Source: a virus (lineage: Duplodnaviria > Caudoviricetes). Taken from it: a DNA stretch of 32,271 nucleotides. Positions 17,071 through 26,200 of the stretch are shown piece after piece. The notes below the pieces were generated by a model. It was not told the DNA's origin, did no database searches, and saw only the letters and a program-made list of their open reading frames with translations. Every line of letters starts with the position of its first letter. Within the stretch, counting starts at the first letter, position 1. The stretch lies in IMG/VR virus record IMGVR_UViG_3300035041_000082, positions 1-32,271 of that record; one strand, given 5' to 3'. The position numbers and the translations under genes are program-made.

Positions 17071-18271
17071 CTATAGGTTCCTCCGTTCCTACCTGATATT
17101 GATTCGCTTTATCCGCATCCACAAAGTTTAATGATTGTAGTCGTTTGTTTCCGCCTTCTATTGGTTCAAGTCCTAAAAGCGCTCTTGATTCATTAAGTGA
17201 CATAATACCTAAACTCATTAGTTTCTCGATTGCTGTTACTTTTGTATTCCATGAAGCATACTGTAACCTTTCACTATAGAAGATGATTTCCTCTCCACGT
17301 TCTAGTTGATTATCCGTTAATAATCCTAAAGAAAAAGCCTCGCTAAGTTGAATAGCTAAAGGCTCTATCGTTGATTCATAGAATGAGTTGTATTCGTCTT
17401 CTGTGTATTTGCTTGTAAAGATTGGCAATGATACTCCAAAATAATCTAGTATCTTTGCTTGTAAGAATTCCAGTGTATCTTTATCAATTAACTTCGGATC
17501 AACTGCTAAAGGAATATATTCACTCTTTAAGTCGATAGGTATAATTGAGCTGCCTTTTAAACTTACGGATTCTGAAAGTGCTGCATCGAATAGCTCACGT
17601 TGTTTCTTTTTATCTGTTTCAGATAACATCCCATTCATTTTCAAGATACCTTTTATTTGCATTGAAGATTTGATAGCGTTATCGATTCCTTGGAGTAAAC
17701 TATCATTTATAGATATCGTTTTAAGTATGGCTTCATGGTCACCAGTAGAACCAGTTCCACCAAAGATATCGTTTTGTCCAAAATGTCGTCTTAAATGAAT
17801 GATATTATCATATGGCAAAATGTACGACTCACCATTGTCAAACAAGAACTTGATGAAGTAAGTATCTAAACTATCAACAATCATTTCTACTGTAATAGGC
17901 CGAAGTGGATAGATACCTTTAAGTTCACCTGTATCCTTATCAAACTTAGGATAAACAAACGCATTATCATTCAGCAAGAGCAAAGTGATCGTTTTGTAGA
18001 TGAAGTCATATGGTGTCATGACTTCATTTGGTTTATACTTCAAAAGAAAAGACAGCCTACCTTTTTTCTCGGTTACTGTCTTATCATTCTCGGTTTTTAT
18101 AAATCTTGGTTTGAGTTTAGCACACTGGCTAGCTACTCGATCAATACAAATCTTAACCACATCACTCTTGGATATGTTCGTACCAAATGGTGTGTAAAAT
18201 GTATTTAAATTACTAATTAACTGGAGTGCATCGAATGATCCAGTTTTACTTTTTCTTTTAAATAAGGCCAT
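17054..18271 (-). CDS. Portal protein, HK97 family
   Basis: Start ATG 18271 (RBS GGAGG); PN..MT..DF, NAF, IIHLR, MSLNESR..LGLEP. Confidence 0.93.
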   Translation of the reverse strand: MALFKRKSKTGSFDALQLISNLNTFYTPFGTNISKSDVVKICIDRVASQCAKLKPRFIKTENDKTVTEKKGRLSFLLKYKPNEVMTPYDFIYKTITLLLLNDNAFVYPKFDKDTGELKGIYPLRPITVEMIVDSLDTYFIKFLFDNGESYILPYDNIIHLRRHFGQNDIFGGTGSTGDHEAILKTISINDSLLQGIDNAIKSSMQIKGILKMNGMLSETDKKKQRELFDAALSESVSLKGSSIIPIDLKSEYIPLAVDPKLIDKDTLEFLQAKILDYFGVSLPIFTSKYTEDEYNSFYESTIEPLAIQLSEAFSLGLLTDNQLERGEEIIFYSERLQYASWNTKVTAIEKLMSLGIMSLNESRALLGLEPIEGGNKRLQSLNFVDADKANQYQVGTEEPIDENNS

Positions 18272-18283
18272 AAGCACCTCCAT

Positions 18284-19042
18284 TTATTCTTTTGGTATTG
18301 GAATGGCAAACCCAAATGAATGCCCTTTTAAATTTAATAATTTTTTACCAATGTAATCTTTAATTCCCAGCTCTTTAATTTCTCTAAATAGTGTTGCTTC
18401 ATTTCTAAAATAAAAAATTGAATACTTTGACATATTGCTGTGTGTTATATAGAATATGTTCTTAATTTCAGGACTTTTTTTTAAAAGTTCTAATAATTCT
18501 TTTAGATGAATTGGAAGTAAAACTTGTGTATTATCATTTTCATTTAAAATTATATCTGGAAGATTGGAGGTATTCTCAATTACAAATCCAAATTCATATG
18601 GCATTTTTAACTCATCTACTTTTGCGTGTTTCTTATAGTCTTCTAATTTTTTGTAGTGATTGGAAAAATTACGTCTAAAATTACTTATGTAGTTTTGAAT
18701 GCTTCTTTCAGATATATAAGTATCACGACTAATTACGGTTTTATCAGGTGATTTCTTTAAACTTTCATTCACGTGTGTATCAAAGTCCCTTGATACTCTT
18801 GCTTCTTCTTTTCTCATTTCTGTTCCCTTTTTTGTGTTTTTCGAAGAATCAAAGATAAAGTGTTCAAAAAAATAAGTAAAACTATCATTCCCAATTACGA
18901 TATCAGGTCTATCAAACTGTGCTATACCCATTGTTTCTGCTCTTTTTAAAAATAACTCAAGATATTCTTTGGATGTTTCACCATAATAATTTACTGCATT
19001 GTTTTTAATCAATATATTAATAAATCTTTCAGCTTCAGACAT
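18284..19042 (-). CDS. Inserted hypothetical protein, restriction-endonuclease-like fold suspected
   Basis: DRPDIVI...FEHF..D resembles a PD-(D/E)xK variant; own RBS AGGGGTGG. Confidence 0.55.
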   Translation of the reverse strand: MSEAERFINILIKNNAVNYYGETSKEYLELFLKRAETMGIAQFDRPDIVIGNDSFTYFFEHFIFDSSKNTKKGTEMRKEEARVSRDFDTHVNESLKKSPDKTVISRDTYISERSIQNYISNFRRNFSNHYKKLEDYKKHAKVDELKMPYEFGFVIENTSNLPDIILNENDNTQVLLPIHLKELLELLKKSPEIKNIFYITHSNMSKYSIFYFRNEATLFREIKELGIKDYIGKKLLNLKGHSFGFAIPIPKE

Positions 19043-19061
19043 AATACCACCCCTATGAGAA

Positions 19062-20705
19062 TTATATCATATTTTCATAATCAGTTTTATACCTATTTAA
19101 AACTACATATGCAATGATTAATGCTACTGTTCCATCAATACGTTTGTACTTCGAGTTTAGTTTTGATGGTTGGATGTTCCCATTAAGATCAACCTTCGCT
19201 TGTGTATTCGCAAGACACCATTTCATAATAGGATTATTATTGTAATTTACAATATTATTTTTCAAGTCTGCTTCCATGATTTTCATTGGTTCTGAGAGAG
19301 AATAAATCCCTTGTCTAACTTTCTCCATATTAAATCCTAAGTCTTCCATCTCTTTAATCCAATATTGTGAGTTCCACGGATCATACCCTACCCAAAGAGG
19401 TCGTATCCCGTAGGTTTGAATCATCTTCATAAACCACTGAGTAACAAGACTAAAATCATTTTGATTTCCTTCCGTCAATGTCACAAAACCTTTCTTAATC
19501 CAAATATCATATGGAACATTATCTTCTTTGATTCTTTTTTCTACAACTTCGCTTGGCATGAAGAAATGAGGAATAACATACTTTATACTGCTATCTCGTT
19601 TTTGAATAACAAGAACTGCTGCTGTTAAATCGGTTGTTGATGATAAATCAACACCACCTATTGCATATGAATCTCTTAGTTTATCAATGGTATATTTGTC
19701 TTCGTTATTTAAATCGTCAAACGATAGCCATGAGCCACTATCTGCTTGTTTGATGTTAAAGTCTTTACAAAGCATCGTGACTCTTGTGGATAGATCATGC
19801 TTTGATTTATTCATAACATCTTCTAAGTAATTCTCGAGTTTTACAACACCTAAACTAGGGTTTGATTTCTGCCATGTGCTTGAATCCTCATAAATTTCCT
19901 TTGTAGAATCTTGAGTATACAACCATGGAAGTACTCTGCTATCCTGTATTTCATCTTTTAACATCTTTCTAGCATAGTCTAGTTTATTATCTAAAAAACC
20001 ACCAACGGTTGTCCCTTCGGTGGTTATGATGAATATAAGTGGTTCTTTCTTTGTTGATTGTGATTGCTTAATTGCATCATAAACTTTAGAATCGGTCATT
20101 TCATGAACTTCATCAATACAACCAACTTCTATATTGTATCCATCTTTATTTCTTGATTGAGCGGATAACTTCTTAATTTTGTTTTTGGTCTTTGGAGAAT
20201 AGATGTGATATATGTTTTTCTTGCTTCTTGTCTCTTTTGATAAGGCTGGAGATTGTTCTCGCATATTATTAATCTCTTCAAATAATATGTTTGCTTGTTC
20301 TGTTGTGTTTGAAGCACATACAATATCCACACCACCTCTTGATAAAAAGAACTCTGCTAAGTCTATACCCGCAACGAACGTAGTCTTTCCATTCTTACGA
20401 GCAATGAGTAATATCACTTCATTGAATCTACGTAATCCTGAATCTGCCATCTTAAATCCATAAGCTGTTTGTAGTAATGCTTTCTCCCATAGTTCAAGAA
20501 TGAATGGCATACCATTAAATGGTGACTTAGTATGTTTACAGAAAGTTTCTATAAAATCAATTCTTAAATTCCCTGGTTGTTCATCAAAACTATAGAGAGG
20601 ATTATCTAAATCTTTTATAAGTTGATCTAGTTGTGTTTTTAATTCTTCTCCAACGATGATGTTTCCGTTATTAATTTCATTGTAGTATTCAATTAAATAA
20701 TTCAT
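19062..20705 (-). CDS. terL: Terminase large subunit
   Basis: Walker A ARKNGKTT, Walker B CIDEVH, nuclease GGVDLS and RIDG. Confidence 0.95.
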   Translation of the reverse strand: MNYLIEYYNEINNGNIIVGEELKTQLDQLIKDLDNPLYSFDEQPGNLRIDFIETFCKHTKSPFNGMPFILELWEKALLQTAYGFKMADSGLRRFNEVILLIARKNGKTTFVAGIDLAEFFLSRGGVDIVCASNTTEQANILFEEINNMREQSPALSKETRSKKNIYHIYSPKTKNKIKKLSAQSRNKDGYNIEVGCIDEVHEMTDSKVYDAIKQSQSTKKEPLIFIITTEGTTVGGFLDNKLDYARKMLKDEIQDSRVLPWLYTQDSTKEIYEDSSTWQKSNPSLGVVKLENYLEDVMNKSKHDLSTRVTMLCKDFNIKQADSGSWLSFDDLNNEDKYTIDKLRDSYAIGGVDLSSTTDLTAAVLVIQKRDSSIKYVIPHFFMPSEVVEKRIKEDNVPYDIWIKKGFVTLTEGNQNDFSLVTQWFMKMIQTYGIRPLWVGYDPWNSQYWIKEMEDLGFNMEKVRQGIYSLSEPMKIMEADLKNNIVNYNNNPIMKWCLANTQAKVDLNGNIQPSKLNSKYKRIDGTVALIIAYVVLNRYKTDYENMI

Positions 20706-21022
20706 TCACTTGCTCTCTTAAGAAATTCATCAAAAGCATCATCTCCATCATCTACTTGTGTTCCTAGAATACTATTAAGAGTTTTGATAACAGTTCCATA
20801 TGAATTCACTAGTTTTGTATAATACTTCGCTGCTTCAGTTTGCCGTTGCATTCCTTTGTTAGATATTTGGATAGCACCGTACTTTCTAATCTGCTCTTGT
20901 AATTTATCAAGTTCCACCTTCATAAATGCAGCTTGATAAATTAAGTTATCTACTAACTCTGTCTTTGATTTATCAACCAAAGAAAAAAGCGATTTTAATC
21001 GCTTGTATTCTTTATTCAACAT
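20702..21022 (-). CDS. terS: Terminase small subunit (P27-like)
   Basis: ATGA overlap with terL; LI..AAFM..L..LQ..I...G and DAFDEFL motifs; start at ATG 21022. Confidence 0.8.
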   Translation of the reverse strand: MLNKEYKRLKSLFSLVDKSKTELVDNLIYQAAFMKVELDKLQEQIRKYGAIQISNKGMQRQTEAAKYYTKLVNSYGTVIKTLNSILGTQVDDGDDAFDEFLKRASE

Positions 21023-21023
21023 A

Positions 21024-22100
21024 TTATTCAACCTTATTTAGAAAATTTACCATGTCTTTCTTATCGACTTCATAATAACTCAATCCGTATTTTTTTCTTT
21101 GCAGTTTTGAATACATTTGATAAAGTATAATCCCATTGGTATAACAGTAATTATAAAGAATGACTTTATTAGCCAAATCAATATACTCTCCAAGATATAT
21201 TGCTTTTGGATAAATTGAATTTTCTATTTTATAATGCAAATTATTAATTTTCGTTACATCAATCAACATATTTGGTAGCAACATTCGCCACTCTAGTTCA
21301 TATTCCCAAATTTTCTTTTTTGTAAATACAATTGAATCAGACATCCTTTTTTGATTTTCAGTTGAGAATAAATTCATACCGGCATCTTTATACTGTTTCA
21401 ATATGTCTAAGAAACTAAAGTTAGGGTTGTCTATTGCACCGAGACTAACATCCACTGCATTTATAAGTAATTCAGTAGCATCATATTTGTGATTGGTGTA
21501 AATTACTTTATATATATTATATTGGCTAAAATCTTGATCTTCAATATCACCGAAGATATCTGCAAATATTTCAAATTGATTTACCATATCTTTTGAAACA
21601 GCTTTTACTAAATCACAGTGATAATCTCTTAAAACTTTTAAATCATTATAGTAATATTCAATTGCAAAACCTGTTGCATTGTCTGCATAATGAGCCCACA
21701 TTACTTCATTGTCTATTTTTTCAGAGAAACACCCTACCAAAAAGATTCGTTTAAAGTTTTCTAGATTACTGCTATAGATTTCTCTAATCCAAGATTCAGC
21801 AATTTTCCTTCTACTATTTGTTTTGAGTTTTCTAAGTTTTTTATATTCTTGAAGAATATCATAATCTACCTTACTCAATAGGTGATCAATTAATTTTTTA
21901 GTATCAACTACAAAACTTGTATCGTAGGGGTCATTAAACGAATCTGGTCGAGCTACCCATAGCTCATTTTTAACTAACGCTTCAATTGTATACTTATTAA
22001 TAGGTCTATATCTAAAAAGAGTAAAATCATTTTGAACACTTAAATGATGTTCAGTTACATCACTCTTTTTTACAATTTCTAAATTGTATTTCTTTTTCAT
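21024..22100 (-). CDS. DUF2971 family protein
   Basis: LFRYR, SFNDPYD, CFSE...N.VMWAHYA...GFAIEY, V.Y, K...WEYELEWR, IYLG; start ATG 22100 (RBS GAAGGGGG). Confidence 0.85.
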   Translation of the reverse strand: MKKKYNLEIVKKSDVTEHHLSVQNDFTLFRYRPINKYTIEALVKNELWVARPDSFNDPYDTSFVVDTKKLIDHLLSKVDYDILQEYKKLRKLKTNSRRKIAESWIREIYSSNLENFKRIFLVGCFSEKIDNEVMWAHYADNATGFAIEYYYNDLKVLRDYHCDLVKAVSKDMVNQFEIFADIFGDIEDQDFSQYNIYKVIYTNHKYDATELLINAVDVSLGAIDNPNFSFLDILKQYKDAGMNLFSTENQKRMSDSIVFTKKKIWEYELEWRMLLPNMLIDVTKINNLHYKIENSIYPKAIYLGEYIDLANKVILYNYCYTNGIILYQMYSKLQRKKYGLSYYEVDKKDMVNFLNKVE

Positions 22101-22163
22101 TCTTAATCCCCCTTCCAATAGGAATTTTGGATTTTCAAAAAATTTGCCTTGTGTTTCTTAATT

Positions 22164-22216
22164 CCCCACCTACGCGGTACCCTTAAAACCGGGAACAATG
22201 TCAACCCGGGGGGCGC
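22164..22216. other. Probable cos/packaging site
   Basis: Conspicuous GC-rich intergenic island (minus strand CCCCCCGGG...CCCGG..GGGTACCGCGTAGGTGGGG) with a CCGGG/CCCGG inverted repeat, lying between HNH and terS as in HK97-type cos phages. Confidence 0.6.
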
Positions 22217-22221
22217 TTAAT

Positions 22222-22869
22222 TCAGTAAATTCTATCTTTATATCCCCATGCTTGAGGATGTTTTGGATAGCAAATTATGTTATTAGCTATTCCTTTACAC
22301 TTTGATTTGTTTTTTGCTACTTCCTTAAGAGTTATAGAATTTTTATGAGTAAAATCTAATATCTCTTGAATTCGAGCATCATAATATCCCTTGTAAATAC
22401 CATTGGCATTACCGCAAGCCAAAATTACATCAGGATTTAATGCTTTGAATTTATTATAGAGTTTTTCAATAATTTCAATATTGATTTCATATCTAATAAT
22501 ATCACTAGATAATGGATTAAATGATGGATCAGATTTTGACACAAACCCGTAATGTGAATTTATGTTTTTAGCAATCGAATCGTAATAGGGATACAAGTTT
22601 AACAAAAAGATATCTGTATATCCTTTTTTCTTGGCAAGAGTAATAGCCTTTATAGTTGTAATATCTAAATACTTATTTGTATAGTCTTTAGATTTCTTTT
22701 GATGAACCCCTTTAAACGATTCGCTAGGATTCTTCATAATAATAAAAACCATTCTTCTATTCTTCTTGCTGGTAGTTTTGAAGAACAAGTAATACCTATT
22801 CTTTATAATATTCATTGGTTTATACTCGATAGATTTTAACTTAATGAATTTAGGAATTTTATACGTCAT
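22222..22869 (-). CDS. DUF1643 family protein
   Basis: RYYL, IMKNPS, D.T, GY...LLNLYPY, VILACGN, PKHP. Confidence 0.75.
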   Translation of the reverse strand: MTYKIPKFIKLKSIEYKPMNIIKNRYYLFFKTTSKKNRRMVFIIMKNPSESFKGVHQKKSKDYTNKYLDITTIKAITLAKKKGYTDIFLLNLYPYYDSIAKNINSHYGFVSKSDPSFNPLSSDIIRYEINIEIIEKLYNKFKALNPDVILACGNANGIYKGYYDARIQEILDFTHKNSITLKEVAKNKSKCKGIANNIICYPKHPQAWGYKDRIY

Positions 22870-22882
22870 AATATCTTTCTGA

Positions 22883-23950
22883 TTATGTGATTAATTTCAT
22901 AAAAAAATCTTTAATTACAATATCAATATCACTACTCATAAACTCATACCCCCCAAATCTAAAAATCTCATATCCATGAAGTTTCATTTTTCTATCATAC
23001 TTTACCATTTCTGAATACAATTTCGGTGATGGTTTTCCATCAATAGAATAGTGGTGAACACCATCAATTTCAATAATTATTCTTCTTCCATTATATAACA
23101 TTAGAAAGTCCATTCTTTGATGAATAAGTCTTTTCTCGCCAAATAATTCTTTTATTGTTTTAGGATCATAATGTAAGTATACCTGAGGAAGTAACGCTGG
23201 CATATCAAAATTATCATTTACAACTTTCTTGTAATATATGTCAAAGAACTTAAGTTCAACATCATTTCCTTTAATTGACTCCTGCAATCTAGGAAATAGT
23301 TTATCTTCGCTTTTATTCTTCCACCATATTATCAAATCATTAATACTTAGGTTAGAATTGTTAATTGCTTCATCATACACAAGAGAGTATGATTCATTTT
23401 TGACTATTTGAATGTTATTTTCAAGTGCATTTTCAAGTATAATTTCTGGTTTTTTGGTTGAAGCAAATATTATATTCTTTATATTTCCATGTTTGTATCT
23501 AATATCTAATTCAAATATAGGTTCATAATCTACTGTTTTGAATGGAGTTTTATAGCCTGTAATTGGACTACCTCCACTTTCACATAACTGTGGATCCATA
23601 AAATCAATAAATTCTGAATACGTTTGATGTAAAGTGAATAATTGATTACCCTTTGAGATTTGTTTAAACTTGTGAATAATATTGATTATGAAAATTAGTT
23701 CTCTGCTCTCATGAGCATTATAATGAATTGATTCCATATCGGGATTATACATATCATGGGATCTTGCTTTATATGATAAAAAAGACATTAAAGCATCCAA
23801 TTTTGAATGAAGTATTGCGAAAACTTCTTTAGTTTCATTAGGGAAATTATCATATATTTGATTATATTTTTCATCAATTAAATCTCCGCTATTACTCAAT
23901 TGATTACGAATATCTTGTAAAGCAATTAAATAAGCTTTATTATCAAGCAT
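22883..23950 (-). CDS. AbiJ-N-like / DUF559(Vsr)-type endonuclease, putative anti-phage protein
   Basis: PALLPQVYLHYDP, RMDFL, IEIDG.HHY, DR.M.L.GYEIFRF. Confidence 0.75.
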   Translation of the reverse strand: MLDNKAYLIALQDIRNQLSNSGDLIDEKYNQIYDNFPNETKEVFAILHSKLDALMSFLSYKARSHDMYNPDMESIHYNAHESRELIFIINIIHKFKQISKGNQLFTLHQTYSEFIDFMDPQLCESGGSPITGYKTPFKTVDYEPIFELDIRYKHGNIKNIIFASTKKPEIILENALENNIQIVKNESYSLVYDEAINNSNLSINDLIIWWKNKSEDKLFPRLQESIKGNDVELKFFDIYYKKVVNDNFDMPALLPQVYLHYDPKTIKELFGEKRLIHQRMDFLMLYNGRRIIIEIDGVHHYSIDGKPSPKLYSEMVKYDRKMKLHGYEIFRFGGYEFMSSDIDIVIKDFFMKLIT

Positions 23951-23973
23951 TTAAACATCACCTCTTCTTTATA

Positions 23974-23982
23974 ATTATAACA
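23974..23982 (-). promoter_or_regulatory. Extended -10 promoter (TGTTATAAT) for the nuclease/DUF1643 insert
   Basis: Perfect TGnTATAAT upstream of RBS GAGGTG. Confidence 0.6.
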
Positions 23983-24005
23983 AAAATGAATTATAAAAAC
24001 GAGGT

Positions 24006-24290
24006 TTATCGTGAAATCAAATTACCATCTTCATCAAAATGTTGCTGCTTAGAGAAACGCTTGTGCTCTGCATTATGACATTTCTTACACAACAACTCTA
24101 AATTATCTTGGTTCAAACTGATTCCAGGATTAGTTACATTAAGAATAGTAAGTCTTATCTTATGATGAACTTCTTCTCCCAAAGCACCACATCGTTCACA
24201 TTTTCCAGTAGCTTCTCGTATCTTGAGTTCTCTTGCTACTTGCCATGGAACAGACTTATAGAATCGATGTATTTCTTTAGGCTTTCTCAT
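24006..24290 (-). CDS. Terminase-associated HNH endonuclease
   Basis: FY.S..W...R, CERC, VHHK, NLELLCKKCHNAEH. Confidence 0.9.
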   Translation of the reverse strand: MRKPKEIHRFYKSVPWQVARELKIREATGKCERCGALGEEVHHKIRLTILNVTNPGISLNQDNLELLCKKCHNAEHKRFSKQQHFDEDGNLISR

Positions 24291-25407
24291 ATAAGTTTCT
24301 CAATTCGGTAATCTTATCATCTACGTGTTCCCATCGAACATCTAAATCTTCTCTACCGAAGTGTCCATACTTTGCTAATTCTTGGAACTTAACTTTATCT
24401 AAGTTGAGTTCTTTTCGTATGCTTTCTGGTCTAAAATCAAATACATAATTCACGAGCGCTTGTATTTCCTCATCGGAGGTTACTCCAGTATCAAAAGTAT
24501 TAACTAAAACACTTACTGGTTTTGCTACGCCAATTGCATAGCTCAAGTGTACTTCGCAGTGTGTGGCCAATCCTGCCCCTACAACGGCTTTTGCTACGTA
24601 TCTGGCATAATAAGCCGCACTGCGATCAACCTTGCTTACATCCTTGCCAGAGAAGGCTCCTCCACCATGTCTTGCATAGCCACCATATGTATCTACAATA
24701 ATCTTTCTACCAGTTAATCCGGAATCAGCATAAGGACCACCAATCACAAATTCTCCGGTAGGATTGATTAAAACCTCTGCTTCAACAATCGTATCAAAAT
24801 CAAAGACTTTAGTTAAAACTTCATTAATGATTAAATCCTCATATAACTCTTTTTTAATCCATGGTTTTGTTTGTGCTGAAACTACTATGGTTTGTACTTT
24901 CTTTGGTCTTCCGTCCTTGTACGCTACTGATACCTGACATTTTCCATCTGGTCCAAATATATGTGAATATTTCTCTCTTCGAATCTTATCCATTTCTTTT
25001 GATATTTGATTCGCTAACATAATCGGTAATGGCATATACTCTTGTGTTTCATTACAAGCGTAACCAAACATAATTCCTTGATCGCCTGCTCCTTGTTCAT
25101 GAGATTCAGTCGAATTCACACCAAGAGCGATATCAGCTGATTGTTTACTTATCTTCTCCATTACTACAAACTCATCTTCATAGCCAATCTCTTTTAGTTT
25201 TTCTTTTGCTATATGTGCATAGTCTACTTTCGCAGTTGTTGTAACTTCTCCAAAGACAAATACTAAATCATCTTTAATTGCTGTTTCTACTGCTACTCGA
25301 GCGTTTTTATCTTGTTCTAAAATAGCATCTAGTATTGCATCAGAGATTTGGTCACAGACCTTATCTGGATGACCACTAAATACTGATTCACTTGTTACTA
25401 CTTGCAT
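24277..25407 (-). CDS. metK: S-adenosylmethionine synthetase
   Basis: ESV..GHPDK, GAGDQG, GLTGRKIIVDTYGG, GGGAFSGKD. Confidence 0.96.
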   Translation of the reverse strand: MQVVTSESVFSGHPDKVCDQISDAILDAILEQDKNARVAVETAIKDDLVFVFGEVTTTAKVDYAHIAKEKLKEIGYEDEFVVMEKISKQSADIALGVNSTESHEQGAGDQGIMFGYACNETQEYMPLPIMLANQISKEMDKIRREKYSHIFGPDGKCQVSVAYKDGRPKKVQTIVVSAQTKPWIKKELYEDLIINEVLTKVFDFDTIVEAEVLINPTGEFVIGGPYADSGLTGRKIIVDTYGGYARHGGGAFSGKDVSKVDRSAAYYARYVAKAVVGAGLATHCEVHLSYAIGVAKPVSVLVNTFDTGVTSDEEIQALVNYVFDFRPESIRKELNLDKVKFQELAKYGHFGREDLDVRWEHVDDKITELRNLYEKA

Positions 25408-25434
25408 AAAACTTCATCTCCTTTATAAATGAGT

Positions 25435-25455
25435 AAAAAAGGAGCTATTCGCTCC
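25435..25455 (-). terminator. Intrinsic terminator overlapping the stop of the 25445-25747 gene
   Basis: GGAGC-GAATA-GCTCC-T6. Confidence 0.75.
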
Positions 25456-25747
25456 TAAGTACTGATTTTGGTAAGTATGCTGTATATCTTGCGTAATGAT
25501 ATCCTTCGCTTTCAACAAGGATTCCAAAATCATGTTCATTGCTTGTCACAAAGATACAATGGAACACATCATCTTTATCGCAATACATCACATCAATGTT
25601 TTCTTTAATAAACTCATAATCATCAAGTGGATCATGTATGAATGTTTCAAACAAATCCGAATCAATGATTATCTCTTTTTCAATGATGAATTCATCTTGA
25701 GGAAGGAGTTCATCAGGTGTTGCTTTTCTAATAAAGTTTACTTTCAT
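25445..25747 (-). CDS. DUF6329-like small acidic protein
   Basis: Start ATG 25747 (ATGA overlap); L.DYEFI.EN...M, HC..V, GILVESEGY.YARY. Confidence 0.7.
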   Translation of the reverse strand: MKVNFIRKATPDELLPQDEFIIEKEIIIDSDLFETFIHDPLDDYEFIKENIDVMYCDKDDVFHCIFVTSNEHDFGILVESEGYHYARYTAYLPKSVLRSE

Positions 25748-26121
25748 TTTGCTATCTCCCATGCTGTATAAACTGAACGGTATGAACAATCCCAAGTATC
25801 AAGTATCACTCCATCTATGCATGCTGTAATATGTCCAGCCATTTTTAAGATGTAAGTCCCTTTTGGATGTAACGCTGTAAAGTCACTACCTTTGATTCTA
25901 GGTTCTCCTTTTACCGGTTTGAATATGAGCCTTGGATAATCTTTTAAATAATCATATAAAAACTTAGTGTCTTTATAACTTGAATATCCAAGTTCTCTTT
26001 TAGAGCGGTTTAGTACTCTTCTGCATTCTAGATAGTCTATGTTTTTTGCTGTTGCGATTGCTCTCACTACGCAATCTCCTGTTTTTATTCCTTTTGGATG
26101 TGCGTTAAATTCTTTAAACAT
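25744..26121 (-). CDS. Phage protein with papain/C39-like Cys-His-Asp pattern
   Basis: GDCVVRAI...GHITACIDG.ILDTWD; RBS AAGGAGG. Confidence 0.6.
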   Translation of the reverse strand: MFKEFNAHPKGIKTGDCVVRAIATAKNIDYLECRRVLNRSKRELGYSSYKDTKFLYDYLKDYPRLIFKPVKGEPRIKGSDFTALHPKGTYILKMAGHITACIDGVILDTWDCSYRSVYTAWEIAK

Positions 26122-26127
26122 AAATAG

Positions 26128-26180
26128 CCTCCTTTAATTTGGTTACTATATATATCACTCCAAAGGGACTAAATAGCAAG
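26128..26180 (-). promoter_or_regulatory. Promoter-RBS motif copy 2 (CTTGCTA-N28-TAACCAAAT..AAGGAGG)
   Basis: Matches the frame of 3636-3688. Confidence 0.55.
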
Positions 26181-26200
26181 TACTATTTCCACTATAGTAA

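Noticed and set aside
21012-21032. 9-bp direct repeat TTATTCAAC at the DUF2971/terS junction as a target-site duplication
   Set aside because: Both copies are on the same side of the insert and AT-rich; no matching copy seen at the other end.
22199-22204. Perfect TTGACA upstream of DUF2971
   Set aside because: No -10 element at 16-18 nt (GGTACC lies there); better explained as part of the cos-like island.
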